This document shows, piece by piece, positions 1 through 10,282 of a stretch of DNA of 64,000 nucleotides. The stretch lies in assembly GCA_000092065.1 (NCBI GenBank), contig CP000584.1; one strand, 5' to 3'. The notes under the pieces were generated by a model that did not search any database, was not told the origin of the DNA, and saw only the letters and a list, made by a program, of their open reading frames with translations. The stretch comes from Ostreococcus lucimarinus. Its lineage: Eukaryota. Numbering within the stretch: the stretch's first letter is position 1; each line of letters begins with the position of its first letter. Both the position numbers and the translations under genes were made by a program.

Positions 1-233
1 AACAGTCACGCGCGATCGTCGTCGCGCGTCCCGCGGGTCGCGATCGCGCGGCGCGCGCGCGTCGTCGCGCGTCCCGCGACCGCGCGTCGGCCCGTCGCGA
101 TCGCGCGCGCGATGCGGCACGCGTTCGGCCGGCGCGCGCGCGCTCGCTCGAGGGCGTCGAGCGTCGCTCGCCGCTCTGACGCGGCGCGATCGCAGACGCG
201 CGGGATTCGCGCGCGCGAATAGGGTCTAGGGCG

Positions 234-1679
234 ATGGCGCGCCGAACGCGACCGACCGAATGCGAATCGACGCGCGCACACGACGACGCGCGGCGCGCGC
301 GCGACGCGCGACGACCGAGGGTCCGAGCGACGCTTTCGAGCGACGCGCGGCGCGCGCGCGACGCGCGACGGCGACGCGCGGCGATGGCGCGCGCGATGAC
401 GACGCGGGGCGCGGTGGCGACGGGGCTCGACGGACGCCGCGGCGACGCGAAGACGCGCGCGCGTCGGCGCGGGGGGGGGCGAACGGCGACCGCGCGAGGC
501 GGGACGGACGCGCGGACGCGCGAGGGGGCGGGAGGGACGCGGGCGCGAGGTTGGGAGGGGACGCGCGCGAGCGCGCGGGACGCGCGGACGGGCGAGGACG
601 CGGCGCGACGGGCGAGGACGCGGGCGGTGATCGGGGCGCGCGAGCGGTGGGGCGATGGCGCGCGCGGGCGAGGGTGGGGCGCGCGCGTCGAGAGCGCGGC
701 GTCGGACGCCGCGGTGGGCGAGGGCGAGCGAAAGCCGACGAAGGGGAAGGGGGTGTCGAATTTGTTGAAGCGAACCGTGAGCTCTCTCTTCATGGTCGCC
801 GTGGGCGGGGTGGTGATCTTCGCCGGTGGGTGGCCATGGGCGCTGGCGATGGCGCTCTTCAACGGCGCGTCGTGCGTGGAATACTTTGGAATGGTGCGAG
901 AGATGAATAAGGAGCTTCCGTATCCGCCGCCGGAGTGGTGCATTAATTTATGCGTCGCGGCGTGCGCTTCGTTACCAGTTCTCCTGCACGCCACGGGGGG
1001 TAAGATGACGTCCATCATCGTCGCCACGGTGATTTCGTTCACCGCGATCTGCGCCGCGCTCATCGTGAACGAAGAGTCCCACTTTAACGAGTTTACGTCG
1101 TCTCTGTTTGGCTTGATTTATTGCGGCTTCTTGCCGACGTTTTGGGTCAAGCTTCGCGGCATGAGCGGCGTCTCGCTAGCCACTCCGGACAGTTTGCTTC
1201 ATCACTGGCCCGCTTGGCTCGGTGGTCCGGGGATTTGGACCCTCGGCCTCGCGGCGACGATCACCATCGTGCTCTCCGTCGTGAGCGCGGACGTCGGGGC
1301 GTACGCGTTTGGCAAAAACTTTGGTAAAAACAAACTCACGGCGGTAAGCCCGAATAAGACGGTCGAAGGCGCGATCGGCGGGTTGTTGGCTTGCGCGGGG
1401 ACGTGCGCGGCTTTGTTTTCAGTCATGGGGTGGCCTGGAACCGCGTGGCAAGGCGCGTTTTTGGGCGTCACGGTGTTCTTCACCTCCGTCTTTGGCGATC
1501 TCCTCGAGAGCGTGATGAAGAGAAATGCGACGATGAAGGACAGTGGGAATCTGATTCCGGGTCACGGCGGCTTGCTCGATCGATTTGATTCGTACATTTT
1601 CACCGGGAGTGTGACGTACTTCTTTGTCATCGCCGTCCTCGGCGGTTTCCGAAGAGTCTTTTCGGTTGGATATTACTAA
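234..1679 (+). CDS. Phosphatidate cytidylyltransferase (CDP-diacylglycerol synthase). The first ~150 codons of the ORF are Arg/Ala-rich low complexity and may be 5'UTR, so the true start is uncertain.
   Basis: C-terminal CDS-family signature ESVMKRNATMKDSGNLIPGHGGLLDRFDSYIF. Several hydrophobic TM segments start near nt 780. Long uninterrupted ORF. Confidence 0.75.
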   Translation: MARRTRPTECESTRAHDDARRARDARRPRVRATLSSDARRARDARRRRAAMARAMTTRGAVATGLDGRRGDAKTRARRRGGGRTATARGGTDARTREGAGGTRARGWEGTRASARDARTGEDAARRARTRAVIGARERWGDGARGRGWGARVESAASDAAVGEGERKPTKGKGVSNLLKRTVSSLFMVAVGGVVIFAGGWPWALAMALFNGASCVEYFGMVREMNKELPYPPPEWCINLCVAACASLPVLLHATGGKMTSIIVATVISFTAICAALIVNEESHFNEFTSSLFGLIYCGFLPTFWVKLRGMSGVSLATPDSLLHHWPAWLGGPGIWTLGLAATITIVLSVVSADVGAYAFGKNFGKNKLTAVSPNKTVEGAIGGLLACAGTCAALFSVMGWPGTAWQGAFLGVTVFFTSVFGDLLESVMKRNATMKDSGNLIPGHGGLLDRFDSYIFTGSVTYFFVIAVLGGFRRVFSVGYY

Positions 1680-1811
1680 AGCGCGGCAAATACATCAAAT
1701 ACATCATCCATGGCGGCGTCCGTCGCGCCCGTCGCGAAGATGTCACACATCTAGACTCGTACTAATAACCCTATTGTAGTTGTAACATCCGACTAATAAC
1801 GAAAAGGACTT

Positions 1812-2564
1812 CTATCCCTTTCGCGGCGTCGCCTCGATGACAAACGTGGTGCCGAGATGGTGCGTCGATTTTTCCACAATTTCCAACCCCGCGTCTTCGA
1901 TTAGCTTCAAAATGTCCCTATTCCAGTAACATCCCCATCGTCGCGCGTGTGCATCGGCGAAATGATCCAGAATATTACTCAACCAGCCGTACTCGCTTCG
2001 TCCGTGCTCGAGCAACAACACCCGACCGCCGTCTCGCTTAACGACGCGCTTCATCTCTCGCAACGCCCCCACCGCGTCCTCGTAACTGCACAACCCAAAC
2101 GTATCCACCACGGTATCCACGCTTCCCGTCTTCACATTCATCCTTTGCGCGTCTCCTCGCGTCACGATCGCCTCTCGCACCGTCGTCCCGCCGTCGCGCG
2201 TCCGCAGCTTCGCGCGCGCCTCCTCCACCATCCCATCGCACGCGTCCATCGCCAGCAGCGTGCGCACTTTTTTCGGGTCATAATACGAAAAGTTCCTTCC
2301 CGTACCGCACGCCACCTCCAACACGTCGCCGCGGGCGCCGTACGCGAGCGACGCGCGCATGTTTTCGATGCCGGACCAGTATTCACTGGACCTCACGGCG
2401 TCGTCAAAGGTTTTCGCCTCGCGATCGTACGCCGCGTCGCGCGCGCGCGCGTCGACGCGCTCGCAATCGCACGCGCGTCCACCGAGCGCGGCACCGTAGC
2501 CGACGACGACGCCCGCGCACGCGACGCCGGTCGCGAACGCGGAGGCGACGAGGCGAGGAAACAT
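1812..2564 (-). CDS. Class I SAM-dependent methyltransferase (Methyltransf_11 / METTL7-like) with a hydrophobic N-terminal anchor. Start taken at the internal Met MFPRLVASAF.
   Basis: Motif I VLEVACGTGRNF and downstream VDTVVDTFGLCS...GGRVLLLEHG. The ORF upstream of the chosen Met is Arg-rich junk. Confidence 0.7.
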   Translation of the reverse strand: MFPRLVASAFATGVACAGVVVGYGAALGGRACDCERVDARARDAAYDREAKTFDDAVRSSEYWSGIENMRASLAYGARGDVLEVACGTGRNFSYYDPKKVRTLLAMDACDGMVEEARAKLRTRDGGTTVREAIVTRGDAQRMNVKTGSVDTVVDTFGLCSYEDAVGALREMKRVVKRDGGRVLLLEHGRSEYGWLSNILDHFADAHARRWGCYWNRDILKLIEDAGLEIVEKSTHHLGTTFVIEATPRKG

Positions 2565-3017
2565 CCGCGCGACGACGTGTGACGCCAGAGCGCCGCGCGG
2601 CGTCGACGCGACGACGCGCGACGACGCGCGACGACGCGCGACGACGCGCGACGCGCGATGTCGCGCAAGCGACCGCGCGCGACGCGCGATACGAGCGACG
2701 ACGACGCGCATCTCTCGACGGTGGTTCAAAAATCATCTTTGCAAACGGCGCGCGCGACGACGCGAAACGGCGCGAAGCGGGCGCGACGAGACGCGACGGG
2801 ACGAAAAGTGCGCGCGCGGGGGAAGTCGTCGACGGCGCCGTTGGCGCTGGCGGTGACGCACGATCGCGTGCGGACGCTGGAGGTGCGATGATTAGACGAT
2901 TGGGATGGGCGTTCGAGGCGACGGCGGCGCGCGGGTGCCCGGTTTGACGCGAGAGAACGCGCGCGCGCGAAGAGACTGACGAAGGCGCGCTGGCGTCGAG
3001 ATCGCGGACAGGAGCTA

Positions 3018-6000
3018 GTGGAGGAGATGTGCGCGCGAAGCGGGCGACCGCAGCCGGTGTTGCGGAGGGTTGGGGACGAGGGCGCGTACGCGAACGCGCT
3101 GTTACGATCGACGTACGCGTTCGCGCCGGATTCTGCGCCAACGTTTTCGGGTAGAGGAGGCGAGCGTAGGGGTGGTGTGATGGATACCGTGCGCGCAGCG
3201 ATCGAGCATTCATTTCGCGCGTCGGCGAATCCGCGGAATGTGTTGTGTAAGGGGATGTGCCGACGCGTTGAGCGACGTGACGGCGGCGTTCGAGGCGCGC
3301 TTTTGAGCGGTTCGACAGAGGTGAGCGTGCGGTGCTCGACGAGCGCGTACGAGGCGTTCAAGTCACCGGTATGGGAAACATTTTGTGATAGAGTGGGAGA
3401 CGACATGTTTCTGCACATTTTATTGTACTGCAGCGTGTTTGTGAGAGTCGGTACGGACAGAGACACGCCGTTGTTGCAGATTTGTGGCTACCCGATGAAT
3501 GACTCCTCGCGCAAGCGGGCCATAACGACCGCGATGGCTACGAGTAAGACGCGAGCGGGAATTCGACGCGAACGGAGGGCGCGAAAGCGACGCCAAGATG
3601 AAGAGGCGGCAGAGAATTGCGCGTTGGAGACCGATTCCACCATGCTTGAGTCGAAGTGCATGTCCGAAAAGCCGCTCACCGCGAACCCATTCATTTCGCA
3701 CATCGACGTGAAGGAAGTCATTCGATTGAGCGACGTCTATCGTTGTTCACAAGATGTCTCAGTCGACGGGGATGGCGAGACTAGTGGACTGACGAGCGAG
3801 GAGGTGACTTTGTCGCCTGCCTCGACGGAATATCTGCAAACGTCGAGAAAGCGCTCGAAGTCGTACAGAAAGCCGAGTTGGCTTCGTAAGCGTGAAGCGC
3901 GGCTGAACTCAACGCATGCTCAGAGTTTGCGGACGCGAGAAGTGAAGCAAATGACCGCCGGCAACATCGTGAATCGACAAAAGAATGCGAGTTTGGGTAA
4001 CGAGGTGAAACTTGCTGACGAGGTCTTCGATCGAGGGGTGTTCATGTTTCGTTCAAGCTTCACGAAGAAACCAGGCTTGCCGGCGACGCATACTCTGCGA
4101 TCGATCGGCTTGGGCGTCCGCGCATCAAGGCGCCTTTACCTGACGATATTTAAGGCAAAAAAGCTTACGAAGGCTACATCGAAGCACAAGACAGATCGCG
4201 CTTTGCGGCAGGCAAAGAGTACGTATAGAATTCCGCAAAAGCACCGCGACACACTTTTACCGACGTTGCGGGCGATGTTGGACAAGGTTCGATGTTGCCC
4301 ATTCACGAACATCCTCAACAAGCACGCTCCCATGCCGCGTGAGCTAATGGTCTCCACGAAACGAGTCGGTGAATTGAGTCAAGCGTCGCTGTTATCTGCG
4401 TATACGGCACCACGAAGAGTAGCCGCCTTTGTTTGGGAAGTCATTGAGCGCCTCGTGCCCGTCGAACTCTTGGGGTCGGTCCAAACACGAAAAAGCCTGT
4501 ACGGTTGCATTCGCCGAATTGTGTCGTTGCGAAGATACGAGCGGTTTACTTTGCATGAAGTCATGCAAGGCATCCGAACGGCAGACTTCAAGTGTTTCAA
4601 GGCGAAAACGACCAATGCGAGTAACGCAGGACAGGTGGAGGCGAGTCAGCGGAGAATGGTCACCAAATGGATCAGCTGGCTCGTGCAAGAGATGGTCTTC
4701 CCAATCATACGATGTCATTTCTACGCCACGGATACGCAAACACACAAAAATAGGATATTCTTTTACCGGAAAGGGATTTGGTCTCGGCTCGTCACCGCCA
4801 CACTACAAAGCTTGGAAGAAACGTCGTTCAAGCGCCTCACGGCGAAGGAAGTGACAGCGATGATGGATAGATCGAATGCGTCCAACTTGGGGTTTTCGAA
4901 CATGCGATTTTTACCGAAAGGCTCGGGGTTACGACCTCTAGCGACGCTGAACAAACCGACGACCTTTGTCGTCAAGGGCGGCGGGAAGAATTCAATGCGG
5001 TGGTTGAAGAAATTCGATGCGATAAACAGACGGTTGAAAGACGTGCAGGATATTCTCCACCACGAGACAGTTCGAGATCCGAACGTCTTAGGCGCAGCCG
5101 TCGGAGATTATAAGGCGGCTCTTCTTCGTCTTGGACCGTGTCTACGCGCGATTCGTCGCCAAAAGTTACTTGGACGGCGTCCTCAGGCGTACATTCTCGC
5201 GACTGACATTAAAGGCGCTTTCGATAATCTTCCGCTCGAATCTCTCGAGCGCGTGGCCTTGGACCTAATCTCAAGCTCATCATATCAAACGCTTCATTAT
5301 GCCGTCGTGAAACAAAACGGTGAGGCAAAATATAAAAAGTTGGTGTCTTCCCTTCCGACCGCGGCGAAAGGCGAAAGAGTGCCGGGACCTCTCGTGACTG
5401 AAGCGCAGCGCGTTTCGAACACCGGCGGTGCGGCGATTCTTGGTAGAGAGAGCAGAAACTCGATCGTCATTGACGCAGGATTCGCTAAGGAAATTTCCGA
5501 TGAAAACATAGTGCCGTTATTGCGCGCACATCTACGAGAAAACATCATCTCTGCGCGCGGCAAGTTCTTGTTACAAACCGTCGGAATCCCGCAGGGTTCG
5601 ATTGTATCTCCGCTTTTGTGCAGCCTATTTTACGGCCACCTCGAACACGAGTATGGATTATTGAGCGGTTTCTGTGGCGAGCAATCAACCGTGTGTCGAT
5701 GGATGGACGACATGCTTCTCGTCACCACCGATCTTGATCGGGCCAAAGCGTTCGTCGACATGTGTAAGAAAGGTTTCGAGGCGCACGGCTGCACTCTAAA
5801 CACCACAAAAACGCTTTCAAACTTCGACCACGGAGAAGACGTACGACAAAGGACATTTGTGAACGCGGATGGGCGAAGTTACATCCCGTGGTGCGGTATA
5901 TTAATCGATTGCCTAACGCTAGAAATAATGGTGGACTACTCGAGGTACTCGGGAGAATTCGTTCGAGAGTCGATGAATCTACCGCTCGGGCGCAAGGCGT

Positions 6001-6497
6001 GGACGCGTCTACCCGAACGCATTTGTGGCTTTTTGAAGCCAAAATGTGCGGCTATATTTTTCGACGAGAGTATCAACAGCAAAGTCACCGTGCGCGTCAA
6101 CGTCTACCAGCTCTTCCTCATGGCGGCGATGAAAACACACAGCTACGTCGCTGCGACGAGCGCGATTCCGGGATGCGAGCAAATCTCATCGCTTGCACTT
6201 TATCGCGCGATCAAGCACGCCGTTCGTTTCGGACAAATATTGATACAGCGTCAGAGTAGCAGCGCGCGCGCGCACTGCAGTAGCGTCGGGAGACTGCCGG
6301 ACTCGCACGTTGAATTTCTCGCTATCCAAGCCTTCTTGAAAGTCCTTCAACAAAAGCAGACGCGATACAAGCGAGTAATTCAGCTATTGAACTCGCGACT
6401 CACCTCACAAGGCATGAAACGAACGTGCAGAAACGGTCTGCTCACACAAGCGATGGAACCATCGCGAAACACGATTTTCACACATATTAGATTTTAG
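3018..6497 (+). CDS. TERT: Telomerase reverse transcriptase (catalytic subunit), single exon.
   Basis: T motif WLVQEMVFPIIRCHFYATDT followed by RIFFYRKGIWSRL...MRFLPKGSGLRPLATLNKP. RT motif B' QGIPQGSIVSPLLCSLFYGHLE. Motif C RWMDDMLLVTTD. Motif E IPWCGILID. Collinear with human TERT. Confidence 0.9.
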   Translation: MEEMCARSGRPQPVLRRVGDEGAYANALLRSTYAFAPDSAPTFSGRGGERRGGVMDTVRAAIEHSFRASANPRNVLCKGMCRRVERRDGGVRGALLSGSTEVSVRCSTSAYEAFKSPVWETFCDRVGDDMFLHILLYCSVFVRVGTDRDTPLLQICGYPMNDSSRKRAITTAMATSKTRAGIRRERRARKRRQDEEAAENCALETDSTMLESKCMSEKPLTANPFISHIDVKEVIRLSDVYRCSQDVSVDGDGETSGLTSEEVTLSPASTEYLQTSRKRSKSYRKPSWLRKREARLNSTHAQSLRTREVKQMTAGNIVNRQKNASLGNEVKLADEVFDRGVFMFRSSFTKKPGLPATHTLRSIGLGVRASRRLYLTIFKAKKLTKATSKHKTDRALRQAKSTYRIPQKHRDTLLPTLRAMLDKVRCCPFTNILNKHAPMPRELMVSTKRVGELSQASLLSAYTAPRRVAAFVWEVIERLVPVELLGSVQTRKSLYGCIRRIVSLRRYERFTLHEVMQGIRTADFKCFKAKTTNASNAGQVEASQRRMVTKWISWLVQEMVFPIIRCHFYATDTQTHKNRIFFYRKGIWSRLVTATLQSLEETSFKRLTAKEVTAMMDRSNASNLGFSNMRFLPKGSGLRPLATLNKPTTFVVKGGGKNSMRWLKKFDAINRRLKDVQDILHHETVRDPNVLGAAVGDYKAALLRLGPCLRAIRRQKLLGRRPQAYILATDIKGAFDNLPLESLERVALDLISSSSYQTLHYAVVKQNGEAKYKKLVSSLPTAAKGERVPGPLVTEAQRVSNTGGAAILGRESRNSIVIDAGFAKEISDENIVPLLRAHLRENIISARGKFLLQTVGIPQGSIVSPLLCSLFYGHLEHEYGLLSGFCGEQSTVCRWMDDMLLVTTDLDRAKAFVDMCKKGFEAHGCTLNTTKTLSNFDHGEDVRQRTFVNADGRSYIPWCGILIDCLTLEIMVDYSRYSGEFVRESMNLPLGRKAWTRLPERICGFLKPKCAAIFFDESINSKVTVRVNVYQLFLMAAMKTHSYVAATSAIPGCEQISSLALYRAIKHAVRFGQILIQRQSSSARAHCSSVGRLPDSHVEFLAIQAFLKVLQQKQTRYKRVIQLLNSRLTSQGMKRTCRNGLLTQAMEPSRNTIFTHIRF

Positions 6498-6573
6498 GAA
6501 CTCTTTCATAGTCAAACAAACATCTCCTGTACTCATCCTTCTACTGTACTCAACAACAACAAATGTAAACATC

Positions 6574-6578
6574 GTCGT
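6574..6578 (+). promoter_or_regulatory. TGTAA candidate polyadenylation signal, ~77 nt after the TERT stop.
   Basis: TGTAA is the poly(A) signal in chlorophyte algae. Similar motifs occur after the stops at 1781, 11259, 51841 and 59679. Confidence 0.35.
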
Positions 6579-6664
6579 AAATTTTGATTCGTGGTTCGTC
6601 GTAGTCGTCGTCGAATCGATCGACGGTAAAAAACATTGCGAAAGCGTGATTCGCGGTGAAGCGC

Positions 6665-7489
6665 CTAGTAGGCGCGTTGTTCGCCTTCGTGGGCGAATCG
6701 ACAAGACTCACCGCGGTCGCAGCGCCCCTTTTGCCAGTCGAAGCACACGCCACGCGGGCGATCACCACCGCGGTCGCCACCGTAGCCGCGATCACGATCG
6801 CCGCCCCAGCGATCGCCGCCGCGGTTGCCACCGTAGCCGCGATCGCCGCCGCCGCGGTACCCGCCGCCGCCGCCGCCGCCGTCTTCAGAGTGCGCGAAGC
6901 GGCACGAGTCGCCTCGATCGCATCGGTTTTCTCTCCAAGCGTAGCACACACCTCGCGGGCGGTCTTCGCGAGCGTACGGACGATCATCCCGTCGGTCGTA
7001 CCCGCCTCGGCGATCGCCGCCTCGGCGGTCGTCGTATCCGCCGCCGCCTCGCCCTCGCATCTCATCCGGGTTCTTTCTTCGCTCGTTCGCGATCTCGCAT
7101 CGAACTTCCCGTCCCATGATGTCCATTCCGGTCGCCTTTTCGACCGCATCGTCCGCCTCACCCTGAATCGCGTACTTCACGAACGCCAATCCTCGCTTGC
7201 GTCCCGTCTCGCGATCCTTCGGCATGTACACGTCGAGCACGTTTCCGTACGCCTGGAACTTATCCCGGATGTCGTCCTCGTGCGCGTCGAACGAGATGTT
7301 TCGCACGAGCACGGAGACTCCCGGCAAGTCGCGCGGGTTCGGCGGTTCGTCTCGGACCGGCGGCGGCGGTGCCCCGCGGTCGCCGTCCCCGTGATCGGCG
7401 GCGCCGCCCTCATCGGCGGCGGGTTCGTCGGCGACGCGACGAGGGTTATCCTCGTCGATCTCGCGCTGTTCGTTATCTTCGTCGGACAT
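6665..7489 (-). CDS. RNA-binding protein with one RRM, a Gly/Arg-rich (RGG) region and two CCCH zinc fingers. Start taken at MSDEDNEQ.
   Basis: RRM segment VSVLVRNISFDAHEDDIRDKFQAYGNVLDVYMPKDRETGRKRGLAFVKY. Zinc-finger segments RGVCYAWRENRCDRGDSCRFAH and RGVCFDWQKGRCDRGESCRFAH. Confidence 0.7.
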   Translation of the reverse strand: MSDEDNEQREIDEDNPRRVADEPAADEGGAADHGDGDRGAPPPPVRDEPPNPRDLPGVSVLVRNISFDAHEDDIRDKFQAYGNVLDVYMPKDRETGRKRGLAFVKYAIQGEADDAVEKATGMDIMGREVRCEIANERRKNPDEMRGRGGGGYDDRRGGDRRGGYDRRDDRPYAREDRPRGVCYAWRENRCDRGDSCRFAHSEDGGGGGGGYRGGGDRGYGGNRGGDRWGGDRDRGYGGDRGGDRPRGVCFDWQKGRCDRGESCRFAHEGEQRAY

Positions 7490-7803
7490 CGTTCGGGCGT
7501 GCGCGGCGCGCGAGGTCGTGGGCGTCGGACGCGGGCGTCGACGTGTGCGGCGCGATCGGGGAATCGCGGCGGATTCGCGATTTTCGAGACGATTCAATTC
7601 TCCCGGATCGGATGAGTCGGGTCGGGTCGGGCGCTGCGGCGAGACTCGATCAATACGCAATACAACACTATCAGAGACTAAAAAAGAGAACCTACAGTAA
7701 ATAAATATGAATGAAGACGCCGTGAGTGGTGACGACGCGCGCGCTTGCAAAGGCGGAAGATTGCGAGAAGTAAGTCGCCGGCGCGCTGAAGGAGTCAACT
7801 CGG

Positions 7804-9300
7804 TCAGAGGTGCATGGCTGAAGAAAAGTGAGGCGCCCAGCGCGATTGCTTGGCGGCGAGCTTAAGGGTGCGGAAAACTTCCGCATTGGCGGCCCAGAAA
7901 CTGACGGAATGTAACCCTAGACCGTTGGCTTTGGCGTAAGGCTTGACGACGTCTTCGCGAAACGCGCGAAGCTTGTGTCGAGGTACGCGCGGGCACAGGT
8001 GGTGCTCGGTTTGAAACTGTAAACCACCGTGGAACCAGTCGAGCCAGCGCGGGCAGTCGATGTCCAACGTCCCAGCGAGTTGCATGTTCACCCACTCGTC
8101 GTTTTCAGGTCGCCCTTCGAAGACGTCGCGCGAAAAATGCGAGAGGCAAATTTGCACGTGGATGACGCCGGCGACGGCGTGCGAGAGGAAGAAGAACGGC
8201 ACTTTGTGACCCACGGGTAACTGAGCGATGAGCGTGGTGAGCCACGTGGCGAACACACCAAGTGTTAAAAACTCCATCGCTCGGCTCCGCACGCGCTTCG
8301 CCTTGATCAAGAAGATCAACGTCTGCAAGTATAAGTTGATGCGAGCGACGGCCATAATTGGATAGAACGTGTAGTGCTGGAATCGAACGAGCGTCCTGGC
8401 GAGACGGTCGTACGTCATGCGTCTGCGGTGATACAGAGAGTACACCGAGCCAAAATATTTGTTGGAGACCGCGAACACGGGCATGTGCTGGATGTCGGGG
8501 TCGCATTCCAACGAGTTGCACGCGCAGTGGTGGACGTTGTGCGTCGCCATCCACCACGCGATGCCGACGCCGTTGAAGAGGTTTCCAACGCACCACCCGA
8601 TCATGGCGTCTTTTTTGCGATCATAAGTGATCGATGTGTGCCCAGCATCGTGGCCGATGAACATACTTTGCTGCCAAAACAAACCGAGCAAGACGGCGCC
8701 GAACATGTGCGTCTTGAAACCGGCGCCCGACGACAACACGCACGCCAACACGCCGCCGAAAAGCACGACCAATCTCGCGATGATGAAGGCGTAATCCGTG
8801 AGATCGCTCTTCAACAACTTCTCACTACCCTCCATCGCGTCCCTCATCCGACGAAACGCCTTTAAATGCGTCGGCGGCGCCGCGCTCTCGTCCACCAAGC
8901 GCCCGATTCGAAGCGTCTCCAAGCGCGCCAGCGCGCGCCGCTCCCCCCCGTGATACGCCATGAACGCGTCCGTCGCGTCTCTCCCCGCGTACTGCTCCAG
9001 AATCGTGCTCCCCCCCGGATGTTTCTCGACCCAAGACGTCGCGTCGTACACCCCATCGCCCACGACGAGCCAACAATCGCTCCCGACGTCGTGCGAGCGC
9101 ACGTCGGCGCGCGCGTACGTCGCCTCGCCTCGCCGCGTCTCCCCCCCGACGCCCGTCCCGACGTCCCGCGCCGCGCTCGCGTCGCCGCGATTCGCCCGTC
9201 GCGCGCCCTCGCCCTCCCGCGCCGTCGCGCGCGTCGCGCTCGCGTCCCCGCGTCGTCGCGCGCGCGCGCGACGCGAGAGGTCCACGCCGTCCCGCGGCAT
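7804..9300 (-). CDS. Front-end membrane desaturase (delta6/delta8 type) with an N-terminal cytochrome b5 domain.
   Basis: Cytochrome b5 motif HPGGSTILEQYAGRDATDAF. His boxes HDAGH, HNVHH and the front-end-specific QTEHHL (Gln replacing His). Confidence 0.8.
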   Translation of the reverse strand: MPRDGVDLSRRARARRRGDASATRATAREGEGARRANRGDASAARDVGTGVGGETRRGEATYARADVRSHDVGSDCWLVVGDGVYDATSWVEKHPGGSTILEQYAGRDATDAFMAYHGGERRALARLETLRIGRLVDESAAPPTHLKAFRRMRDAMEGSEKLLKSDLTDYAFIIARLVVLFGGVLACVLSSGAGFKTHMFGAVLLGLFWQQSMFIGHDAGHTSITYDRKKDAMIGWCVGNLFNGVGIAWWMATHNVHHCACNSLECDPDIQHMPVFAVSNKYFGSVYSLYHRRRMTYDRLARTLVRFQHYTFYPIMAVARINLYLQTLIFLIKAKRVRSRAMEFLTLGVFATWLTTLIAQLPVGHKVPFFFLSHAVAGVIHVQICLSHFSRDVFEGRPENDEWVNMQLAGTLDIDCPRWLDWFHGGLQFQTEHHLCPRVPRHKLRAFREDVVKPYAKANGLGLHSVSFWAANAEVFRTLKLAAKQSRWAPHFSSAMHL

Positions 9301-9771
9301 GTGCCTCGTCGACCCGTCTCGCGTCGCCGCGTCGCGCGTTTCCGACGCGAGACGGTTCGACGCGTTTCCGTCGCGCGTTTGCGAAGAATCCCGCGCCGTC
9401 GCCGCGTCGCGCTTTGTCGCGGTGCGACGCGCTTCCGGTCAACGCGCGTCGTCCGACCGCATCGTCGACGTCGCCCCCCTGGGGCCTCGCGACGAGATTT
9501 TTTCACCTTTTCTCGCCCCTGGGGCCCGCGAACAAAGGTGAAAAAATCTCGAGGCGCGCGCGCGAGTCCCGACTCGTCGACGGCGCGTGTAAACACTACT
9601 TATACCCCCCTGGTTTCGTTTCTTTCATTTACTTCACCGCATCTCTTAAATACGACGCATTCGAGCTTTTCGACGGCCACCCAGGACACGAAACCCCGTA
9701 CTCATACGAACACCACACCGCACGCGCGTGGACGCGCGCGCGCCGCACAATCAATCGCGCGCGCGCCCACC

Positions 9772-10074
9772 ATGCGCGCCTGCACGCCTCGCGCGTCGAG
9801 CGCGAACGCTCCAGGCGCGCAAAACGACGAACGACGCGCGACGCGCGCGAAGACGCACCGACGACCCGCGGTGGCGTCGCCGACGATCCTCGTTCAGGGC
9901 GGCAAGGATCCGGAGACGACCACGAATGGGCTGTCGAAGAAACGACGCGCGGTGATCGAGGACATGACGTCGTTCGCGGCGGGAGAACTGAGCGGACTGC
10001 TGAAGGACCCGGACACGAATTGGCAACCGCAAGATTGGCTGCCGAATCCGGAGTCGCCGGATTTCTTGGATCAG
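9772..10074 (+). CDS. Acyl-ACP (stearoyl-ACP) delta9 desaturase, exon 1: putative plastid transit peptide plus the conserved N-terminal segment.
   Basis: Frame of ORF 8866-10251 reads ...NWQPQDWLPNPESPDFLDQ, matching the plant SAD segment CWQPQDFLPDPASDGFDEQ. The exon ends at CAG|GTGCGAG. Confidence 0.6.
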
Positions 10075-10282
10075 GTGCGAGGGCGAGGGGGGGCGAGGGG
10101 ACGCGCGCGAGGGATGGTTTATCCGCGCGAGGGCGGTCGAGGGCGTTCGAACGAGACGCGACGCGGGACGCGCGAGGCGAGGTCGAGGCGCGCGCGAGAT
10201 GGGCGAGGGGGTGGGTGGAGGCGTGCGCGCGCGCGAAAACGCGGTGACTGACGAGCGCGCGAACGCGTCGCGATCGCGATAG
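10075..10282 (+). other. Spliceosomal intron (208 nt, phase 0) within the acyl-ACP desaturase gene.
   Basis: Donor GTGCGAG. Internal GGTGACTGACGAG branch-like motif. Acceptor GATAG. Splicing joins ...FLDQ to [23 protein letters not shown] as in plant SADs. Confidence 0.6.

Noticed and set aside
234-700. N-terminal 150 codons of the CDP-DAG synthase ORF as genuine coding sequence.
   Set aside because: It is (GCGCGACG)-type low complexity translating to poly-Arg/Ala/Gly with internal direct repeats. It is more likely promoter or 5'UTR. The gene is kept but the start is flagged uncertain.
8866-10251. 461-aa plus-strand ORF treated as one gene.
   Set aside because: Only its 3' third (9772-10074) matches anything, namely the desaturase N-terminus. 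The rest is antisense to the front-end desaturase and to intergenic low complexity.
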